Source: Candidatus Pampinifervens sinense (GTDB lineage Bacteria; Aquificota; Aquificia; Aquificales; Aquificaceae). Taken from it: a stretch of 64,000 bases of DNA. Each line of letters opens with the position of its first letter. Positions within the stretch are counted from its first letter, which is position 1. The stretch spans positions 256,001 to 320,000 of the forward strand of contig JAXSPP010000001.1 of NCBI GenBank assembly GCA_037927135.1, in the 5' to 3' direction. Shown one piece after another: positions 56,934-64,000 of the stretch. Made by a program: the position numbers and the translations under genes. A model generated the notes under the pieces. It was given only the letters and a program-made list of their open reading frames with translations, ran no database searches and was not told where the DNA came from.

Positions 56934-59192
56934 TTAAAACCTCCCTCTTAGTCCTACAGAAAAGGTGAAGGGAGCGCCCACATAGTAGGTTCCAGAGGTT
57001 TCACCCGGCGATATCCTGCCTATGTACTTTTTATCCGTTAGGTTTATCACATCAAAGCAGAGGGTGAAGTTCTTTGTTATTCTTCTGTCCACAGAAAGGT
57101 TTATAAGGGTGTAAGAGCTAACCTTTTGTTTGTTGTCTACCGTTCCATACCTTGAGCCTATGTACTGCAAAGAAGGCCTTATATTAAAGCCAAATATTCT
57201 GTAATCTATGCCAAGCTTAAACATATGTTTTGGTGTGTCTGGAACTTGGTTGCCGCTTATACCACACACAGGATTGCCAGTAGAAAGGGTGGTGCAATCA
57301 TCTTTGAATTCTGCCACGTTGTAGGAGTAAGAGCCATAAAGGCTTAGGTCTTTGAAGGGTTTTGCACCCACTTCCAGTTCAAAGCCGTAGGCCTTTACCT
57401 TTCCTGCATTCCTAAGGTAGACCAAGTTCGGGTCGTTGGGGTCTGCAATCCTTATAAGCCTGTTTTTGTAATCGGTGTAATAGATGGCTGGCACCACATA
57501 AAGCTTGTCAAAGTCAAAACGCACGCCAAGGTCGTAGTTAACCGACTCTTCCGGCTTTAGCTGGTTTATAACAAACTGGGCATCTACATTGTTTGGTATG
57601 GTGCCTATAAAGTTGGGTGGCACTCTGAAGTTTTGGGAGAAGGCAAAATATGGGTATATGTGGTCGGTGAGTTTGTAACCTACTCCAAAGTTAAACAACA
57701 CCTTCCTGTAGGTTTTTGAGTAGGAAAGTCTTGGGTCCTTGGTGAGGTTTGGATGGTCAAATATATCATCCTCGGGCATGTAGGGAAGGCCTGTAGTGTT
57801 GTAGTTGGTAAATTCTCTCTTTACCTGTGCAAACCTTATGCCTGCGTTTATGTCAAGCCTGCCCAAAAGCTCGGGGGCTTCATAGAAGATGAAGGGTGTG
57901 TTAGTGGTGGTTATGGTCTTTTGGATATAGTTGTACCTAAAGCTGGGCGTGCCTAAGGTATTAATAAGCAGAGTGTAAGAGCCGTCGGGCTGTACCCTCA
58001 CTGGGAAGGAGGGTTGCCACTGTTTTAGCTCTGCCCTCTCATACCAATAGCCCAAGGTAAACTCACCATAAGAACTTTTAAAGTTTAGGTTTAGGATGGC
58101 TCCGGGCCTGTCGGTGTAGTTAAAGGATTCTCTGAAGGCTATGTAGGTGTTGCCACCGCTTGTGAAAGTTGTGGCGCTTGTTCCACTTCCTCTTCCTATC
58201 CACATGTAGGGCTTAAAGGTAAGCTTTAGCCAGTTGGTTATATCAAGCTCTACGTTGGCCCTTAGCTGTTGGTTGTCGTAAGGGTTTTTGTAGAACTTGT
58301 AATAGGCTACGTTGTTGTCTCTTATGGTCTGGTTATTATGCACAAGGCCGTTTCCTCCGGGGAATATAAGGCTTGGGCTGTAATCAAACCTTCTGAACTG
58401 GTCCAAGTTTTGGGCCTGCTGGTAGTTTAGCCCTCTGTAGAAGTAGTTTAGCTGGGTGTTTTTGTCGTAGTAGAACTCCCAAAAGAGCCTGCCCAAGTTT
58501 TGGGTAATGCCTATGGTATAGTGGTCTCTAAAGTCTGGATGCTTGCCCGGCCCTTTCCACTTGTCCGCCTCCGTATGGGAGTAGGAGCCAAAGGCCCTAA
58601 TACCAAAGGGTAGCCTACCCGTATCCACCCTGAAGAAATACTTTCTAAACTCGTTGGTGCCAAACTTTGGGAAGATGGTAATACCAAACTCGTTGGCGGG
58701 TGGCTTTGTCCTTATCCTTATGGCTCCTCCCACCTCTGTATAGAAGGGGCTCTTTTTGCTGACCGCACCCCTCTCTATGGTAATGCTCTCTAAGTTTTCT
58801 ACGTCCGCATACTCGTGTGGGTATATGGCAAAGTTTCCAGAATCGTTTAGTGGCATATCATCTATGCTTATGCCTATCTGGGTGTTATCAAAGCCTCTGA
58901 GCCTAACGGAACCACCACCAAGGCCGTAGGCATCGTCCGTTTGAACGTTCAAGGAAGGTGTTAGCTCTATAGCTCTAAACACATTCACTCCGCCTGCGCC
59001 AGTACCCCTTTGAAGCTACTTTTCCTTTACCGTTGTCTCCGTCTTTGGCTTTGCCTTTTTCCTTTCCACTGGTATTTCAGGAGCCTCCCTTTCCTTTTCC
59101 TCTTGCACCTGTATTTTTATCCTTGGAGCCTCTTGAGCAATGGCCACACCCACACAGAAGATACCGCTCAGAAGCACAATCCTTTTTGTCAT
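56934..59192 (-). pseudogene. TonB-dependent receptor with an in-frame TAG at codon 59
   Basis: Strong SD (AAGGAGGT) and signal peptide from ATG 59192; TAG at 59016-59018 is in frame with the 684-aa ORF; plug motif VRLRGF, KPEES, NLTDKKY, C-terminal Phe. Confidence 0.88.
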
Positions 59193-59541
59193 GGCAATCT
59201 ACCTCCTTGTTGAAAGTTATTGTTTCTTCCCACATTAACCGAGCTTGGACTTAGGCCTATCATACAAGGGCTTCCGTCTTCTCTCTCAAGGCTTAGGGCC
59301 ACATTTCCGCTAAAACCAAACTGGGGAGTGATGGTTAGGGTGGTGTTTGTACTTTGTCCTGCTTGCACACTCAAAGTGTTGGGGTTTAGGCTTATGCTAA
59401 AGTCTGGCTTGGGGTTCTCCAAAAGGGAGGAGCTCACTCCGCCAAAGCCTCCCCCACAGGAAGATACGAGCAAAGCAACGGTCAGAATAAACAAACTGTA
59501 TATTACTCTAACCTAAACAAACTGTATATTACTCTAACCAT
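59189..59541 (-). pseudogene. Lipoprotein with an Ig-like beta-rich domain, frameshifted by a 26-bp duplication
   Basis: AGGAGG SD then ATG 59541; removing the duplication gives MVRVIYSLFILTVALLVSSCGGG (lipobox), then DFSISLNPNTLSVQAGQSTNTTLTITP. Confidence 0.78.
59488..59539. repeat. Perfect 26-bp tandem duplication
   Basis: taaacaaactgtatattactctaacc occurs at 59488-59513 and 59514-59539. Confidence 0.97.
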
Positions 59542-59565
59542 GGCACACCTCCTACCTTTACCATA

Positions 59566-59620
59566 AGCATATCAACCTTTTGTTAAGACTGGGTTAAGGT
59601 TTGGTTAAGATTTTGTTAAG
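59566..59620 (-). promoter_or_regulatory. Pho-box-like array (4 x CTTAAC at 11-bp period) with a TATGCT -10
   Basis: GTTAAG starts at 59582, 59593, 59604 and 59615; the -10 candidate is at 59566-59571; the operon ends in phoD. Confidence 0.78.
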
Positions 59621-59646
59621 AGGCTTTTTGGTATAATTGAGCTTAT

Positions 59647-60531
59647 ATGCTTATAAAAAACCTTGACCTATGGCCCTACACCACCATACGCATAGGGGGC
59701 AAGGCTCTGTATTTTTGTGAGCCAAAGGACCTTGAAGAACTGAAGTATGCCATCTTTTTTGCCTTGGATAAATCCTTACCCATCTTTATCCTTGGCAGGG
59801 GTTCTAACACCATCTTTGGTGATTTTGAAGGTCTGGTTATAAGCATGAGAAGGTTTGAAGGCTTTGAGGTAAGGAGGGAAGGGGACCTTTTTTATATTAC
59901 AGCCCAGGCTGGAGTGCTTCTTTCCAAGCTTGTGTCCTTTTCTTTGAAAGAAGGCCTTGAAGGCTTCTATAGGCTTGTGGGCTTTCCCGCCACCGTTGGT
60001 GGTGCCATAGCCATGAACGCAGGAGCCTTTGGCTATGAAATAAGCAAACATCTCAAAGAGGTGGTCTTTTTGGATTGGGAAGGGAGGCTTCAGAGGGCAA
60101 GGAAAGAAGAGCTTAGCTTTTCTTACAGGTCCTCTCCCTTTCCAGAGCTTGGGGTCGTCCTTGCTGGGACTTTTGTGGTGTCAAAGGCAAGGGGGAATAT
60201 AGTGGAGGAATATAAGGCCATAAGGGAGAAGAGGGCAAGCAAACAGCCCTTAAACCTTCCCACCTGCGGGTCTACCTTTAAGAACCCGCCAGGGCACTTT
60301 GCCGGCAGGCTTTTAGAAGAGGTGGGGATGAAGGGCTACAGGGTGGGGGATGTGGCCTTCTCAGAAAAGCATGCCAACTTTTTGGTAAACCTTGGAAGGG
60401 GCACCTACCAGGAGGTGCTTAAAATAATCCAAGAGGCAAAGAGAAGGGTTTTTGAAAGCTTTGGTATAAGCTTGGAAGAGGAGGTAAGGCTAATTGAAAG
60501 TGGTTGTGCTTATGGGAGGAAGGTCCAGTGA
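59647..60531 (+). CDS. murB: UDP-N-acetylmuramate dehydrogenase
   Basis: RIGGKA, GRGSN, GGAIAMNAGA, CGSTFKNP, KHANF, LEEEV motifs. Confidence 0.96.
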   Translation: MLIKNLDLWPYTTIRIGGKALYFCEPKDLEELKYAIFFALDKSLPIFILGRGSNTIFGDFEGLVISMRRFEGFEVRREGDLFYITAQAGVLLSKLVSFSLKEGLEGFYRLVGFPATVGGAIAMNAGAFGYEISKHLKEVVFLDWEGRLQRARKEELSFSYRSSPFPELGVVLAGTFVVSKARGNIVEEYKAIREKRASKQPLNLPTCGSTFKNPPGHFAGRLLEEVGMKGYRVGDVAFSEKHANFLVNLGRGTYQEVLKIIQEAKRRVFESFGISLEEEVRLIESGCAYGRKVQ

Positions 60532-61363
60532 AAGGGAGATCTCCTTAAAGAGCGGTCAGGCAGTCTTGCGGGCCTTGCAAGAACTGGGACATGAGGCCAT
60601 AGCCTTGGACTTAGAAGAGGACCTTTGTGAAAAGTTAAAGGCCATAAGGCCGGACAAGGTCTTTATAGCCCTTCATGGCACCTACGGAGAAGACGGCAGG
60701 GTGCAAGGCCTTTTGGACCTTTTGGGCATTCCCTATGTGGGTTCTGGTGTGCTGGGAAGCGCCTTGGCCATGGACAAGGATATAACAAAGAAGGTCCTTT
60801 CCTTTCATGGCATTAAGGTGCCAAAATGGATATGCCTTAGGTCTCCGGAGGAAGGCTTTGAATGGAACACCTATCCTGCCGTTGTAAAGCCTGCAGACCA
60901 AGGATCAAGCGTGGGGCTTTTTGTGGTAAAGGATCAAAAGGAGCTAAAGGAAGCCATAGGTGAGTGCTTTAAACTGTCAAAAAAGGTGATGGTGGAAGAG
61001 TTCATTGAAGGTAGGGATTTTACCGTGGGCATCTTAAAGGGCCAAGCTTTGCCACCCATTGAGATAAGGCCTAAAAAAGGTATATATGACTACGAGAGCA
61101 AATATACAAAAGGCATGACGGAGTATATCTTCTCCGAGGAGGAGGAGCTAAACAGGGAGCTACAAGATATAGCCCTAAAAGCCCACCTTTACCTTGAGCT
61201 CAAGGACTTTTCAAGGGTGGATTTTAGGGTCTCAAGGGAAGGCACACCATACCTTTTGGAGGTAAACACCATTCCTGGCATGACAGAGCTTAGCCTCTTT
61301 CCTATGGCATGCCAAAGGGCGGGGATAGACTTTAAGAGGATGGTGGAAATGCTTCTATCTTAA
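60494..61363 (+). CDS. ddl: D-alanine-D-alanine ligase
   Basis: GGRSSEREISLKSG, LHGTYGEDG, GSSVG, YDYESKY, EVNTIPGMT motifs; TTG start. Confidence 0.96.
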   Translation: MKVVVLMGGRSSEREISLKSGQAVLRALQELGHEAIALDLEEDLCEKLKAIRPDKVFIALHGTYGEDGRVQGLLDLLGIPYVGSGVLGSALAMDKDITKKVLSFHGIKVPKWICLRSPEEGFEWNTYPAVVKPADQGSSVGLFVVKDQKELKEAIGECFKLSKKVMVEEFIEGRDFTVGILKGQALPPIEIRPKKGIYDYESKYTKGMTEYIFSEEEELNRELQDIALKAHLYLELKDFSRVDFRVSREGTPYLLEVNTIPGMTELSLFPMACQRAGIDFKRMVEMLLS

Positions 61364-61375
61364 AGAAAAAGTGCT

Positions 61376-64000
61376 ATGCGATTGATAGGTTATCTAATAC
61401 TTTTAGTGCTTGCTTTGTATTTTATCTTCCTAAAGCCCTATCTTTTGGCAAAAAGGATTCAATGGGAGGTAGAAGGCCTAAGCTTTAGCTTTGAAAGGGG
61501 TCTTACCTTCAAAAGCCTTCTTTTCTATTTCCCTTCTGGGGACATCACATTGCATCTTTTTATAAAAGAGGCAAGCTTTAGACCCTGGCAGTTTTACATA
61601 GGGGAGTTTAGCCTAATAGAAGTTTCAAAAACAGTTCCCGAAAAGCCCTTCGATTACGATTTTACAAACCTTATCAGGCTTGCAAAAAGGATAAATTTAA
61701 GGGTAGACAATCTTTATATTTCCACCAACTCCATACCTTACAGCGAGAGCTTGACCCTTTTTATACCAAGGACGGAGATAAGGTCGGGTAATGTCTTTTC
61801 TCAAGGTTGGACAAAGGCCTATTGGATGCACTCTCAAGACATTCATAGCCTTGAGGTGTATTTGGAAAAGGCCCATGTGGAAGGAGACAAGTTTATAGTT
61901 GATAGGGCAAAGGTTAAAAGCCATCTTTATTCCTTTGACCTTAAGGGCTTTTGGGAAGGGAAAAGAGGAGGCTTTAAGGCTTGGGGAAGGATAGATCCTG
62001 TAGAAGGAGAAAGCTACTCTGTGGGTGGTATAAAGCTTGACTTAGAAGGTCAAGTGGAATACACAAGGTTGAAGGTGGCCTTTTCTGGAAGGGTGGAAGG
62101 GCTTTTGGTAAAAAACAGAAGGGAGTATAGGGACCTTGGAATAGAAGGAGAATACCTTTGGAGTTGGAGGAAGGAAAATGCCTTGAAAGGTAGGCTTTGG
62201 AAGGCAAACACATGGCTTAGCTTTGACTATTCTTTGAAGGATAAAACCTTTGAGGGAAGCTTTGGTGGCATTGAGCTTGACGGCAAGCTTTTAAACGTAA
62301 AAAGGAATATCTTCTCTGTGGTAGGCGGTAGCATAAGGGCCAATCTGGAAAAGAAACATCTAAACTTGCAAGCTTATGCACCCCTTTTGAGGGTAGACCA
62401 GCATGCACTAAACAACTGCACCTTAAAGCTTGACCTTGACTACGGCAATTCACCAAAGGGAAGCTTTGATTTTTTGGCGCTACAGCCCTTTTACCTTAGC
62501 ATAGGTGGTAGCTTTTCAAAAGGTGGTGTGGTGGGAGAGGTGGCCCTATTGGACTATCCTTTGCAGGTAGAGAGCCTTTCTTCCAAGCTTTCATACAAAG
62601 GGTCCTTATACATAAAGGATGGAAGGCTTTTTACAGAAGGAGATGGAAGGCTTTTGAACTTAACCTATAGAGACATAGACCTTGGGCCAGCAAGCTACCA
62701 CCTTAAGCTTGATGGGGATAGCTACAGCCTTGATTTAAAAGGGGAGGCCTTTTCCCTTTCTGGTGGTGGGTCCTTAGAAGAAAAAAGCTTTTCTGGAAGG
62801 CTTTCTTTTATGGGCATGGACCTTTCATACAAAGACCTTTCGGTCAAGTCTTTGAACGGTCATATGGATATAAGGGCTGACAAGAACTCTCTTAAACTTG
62901 TGGGAAACCTTAGCGCTTTCCTCTCAAGAGATATGCTCTCTTCCCATGTGCTTTTAAGCCTTGATGTGACAAAGAAGGGGGAGGAAGTCTTTGGAAGCTT
63001 TGAGGGAAGCCTTAAGGATGTAAGGGCCTTTGACCTTGTTTATGAGAAGGGAAGCTTTTCTGGAAAGGTGCAGAAGGAAAGGGTTTACTTTTCCTTTGAC
63101 CTTGACCAAAGGCTAAGGGGCGGTGGTCAATACAGCTTAAAAGAAGGCTCTTATGGCTTGACGGGGTCTGTAAAGGATACCATCATGGGGCTTTTTGTGG
63201 ATGGAGGCTATAGCATAAGGGGTATAAGGGAGGGCCTTGAGGCTTCCTTTGGGGGAGAGGGAAGATATAGAGATTTTTCCTTTCCTATAAAGGGGTCTCT
63301 TAGCCTAAGGGGGAATAGATTGAAGGTCTCTTTGGAAGGCTTTAGTACAAAAGATGGTCTTATAAGCATAAGAAGCGGTGGAGCGGAGGTCTATGGGGAC
63401 AAAGATGGTGGAATTTTGGAAATAAAGCCCATAGGGCTTTTTGTAGGTCAAGACCTTCTTTCAAGGCTTGAGTTTGAAAAAGGAACGTACAGAGGAAAAT
63501 CCCTTAGCATAAAGGGAAAGATAAGCGGTGCTGTGGAGGGCAATATTGGGGTAAGCTACCATAATACTCTTAGCCTTACTTCTGCTGGAACTGTGGACCT
63601 TGCAAAGCTTTTCTCCCTTGTAAAAAGCAGGATTTTGGCCGATGGTGAGGGGAGGGTTTCCTATAGCCTTTCTTATCATGGTGGAAGCTTGAGCCTTTTT
63701 GCGGAATCTAACAGGCTAATCCTTAGGTCAAGGTATGTGGCCCTGCCTTTGGAAGGAGGATTGAGGCTAAGCTTAAAGGAAGATAGGCTTTCTGGAAGTC
63801 TTAGCCTTAGGGGAAATAATAAGGCCTTTGTGCTTGCCAACTTTACAGGCGATGGAAAGCTTGCAAAGGTAGATTTTGACCTTTCTGGTTTGCCTGTCCT
63901 CCTTAGAGAACAGAGCATGAGGGCAAGCCTCCTTTTGTCTGGAAAGGGGAATCTTATCTGGGATTACAAAAGCCTTTCCATAGGTGGTAGGTTTTACACC
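61376..64000 (+). CDS. Large TamB/AsmA-like beta-rich protein, partial; runs off the window end
   Basis: ATG 61376, N-terminal TM anchor MRLIGYLILLVLALYFIFL, Gly-rich amphipathic beta strands; the same frame is still open at the window end (ends checked, interior not read codon by codon). Confidence 0.65.
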   Translation, partial: MRLIGYLILLVLALYFIFLKPYLLAKRIQWEVEGLSFSFERGLTFKSLLFYFPSGDITLHLFIKEASFRPWQFYIGEFSLIEVSKTVPEKPFDYDFTNLIRLAKRINLRVDNLYISTNSIPYSESLTLFIPRTEIRSGNVFSQGWTKAYWMHSQDIHSLEVYLEKAHVEGDKFIVDRAKVKSHLYSFDLKGFWEGKRGGFKAWGRIDPVEGESYSVGGIKLDLEGQVEYTRLKVAFSGRVEGLLVKNRREYRDLGIEGEYLWSWRKENALKGRLWKANTWLSFDYSLKDKTFEGSFGGIELDGKLLNVKRNIFSVVGGSIRANLEKKHLNLQAYAPLLRVDQHALNNCTLKLDLDYGNSPKGSFDFLALQPFYLSIGGSFSKGGVVGEVALLDYPLQVESLSSKLSYKGSLYIKDGRLFTEGDGRLLNLTYRDIDLGPASYHLKLDGDSYSLDLKGEAFSLSGGGSLEEKSFSGRLSFMGMDLSYKDLSVKSLNGHMDIRADKNSLKLVGNLSAFLSRDMLSSHVLLSLDVTKKGEEVFGSFEGSLKDVRAFDLVYEKGSFSGKVQKERVYFSFDLDQRLRGGGQYSLKEGSYGLTGSVKDTIMGLFVDGGYSIRGIREGLEASFGGEGRYRDFSFPIKGSLSLRGNRLKVSLEGFSTKDGLISIRSGGAEVYGDKDGGILEIKPIGLFVGQDLLSRLEFEKGTYRGKSLSIKGKISGAVEGNIGVSYHNTLSLTSAGTVDLAKLFSLVKSRILADGEGRVSYSLSYHGGSLSLFAESNRLILRSRYVALPLEGGLRLSLKEDRLSGSLSLRGNNKAFVLANFTGDGKLAKVDFDLSGLPVLLREQSMRASLLLSGKGNLIWDYKSLSIGGRFYT

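Noticed and set aside
59016-59018. Pyrrolysine or alternative genetic code at the TAG
   Set aside because: No pyl genes in the window, and TAG is used as a normal stop by other genes here (for example nfi, wzz, tonB).
60494-60531. 38-nt murB/ddl overlap as a frameshift or fusion
   Set aside because: Both proteins are complete with normal terminal motifs; this is a simple overlap.
61697-63918. Short minus-strand ORFs at the window end
   Set aside because: Shadows of the long plus-strand TamB-like ORF that the track omitted for lack of a stop codon.

Overview
Very compact bacterial chromosome segment, almost certainly from a thermophilic member of the Aquificaceae (Thermocrinis/Hydrogenobacter-like). 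This is inferred from citryl-CoA synthetase, Aquifex-type aconitase, RNase HIII and AGG/ATA-rich codon use. Most of the window is housekeeping: a reductive-TCA cluster (acn-mdh-fumA plus convergent ccsB), glyQ, nfi, glnE, gltX, ilvE, lolA, rnhC, ymdB, mqnE, polX, ttuA, uvrD, trmFO, glmS, thrC, hemL, rpoZ, pncB, accA, gmk, murB, ddl, tRNA-Leu(CAG), tRNA-Val(GAC) and SRP RNA. There are two accessory regions. One is an AT-rich O-antigen locus (about 30.0-40.6 kb) carrying six frameshifts. The other is a minus-strand operon (53.7-59.6 kb) of lipoprotein, TonB-dependent receptor, ExbB, ExbD, TonB and Tat-exported PhoD, preceded by four 11-bp-phased Pho-box-like repeats. That operon is the best candidate for an undescribed phosphate-starvation organophosphate uptake system, although its first two genes carry lesions (a 26-bp duplication and an in-frame TAG). 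Other signals: an unannotated 30-aa membrane peptide ending the rTCA operon, a tandem HEPN protein and an M28 protein with degenerate active sites, a CxxH thioredoxin, C33 in tRNA-Val, trmFO overlapping SRP RNA, and pervasive leaderless promoters, often built from the upstream stop codon. No CRISPR array, IS element or prophage was seen. All family assignments come from motif recognition by eye, not database searches.
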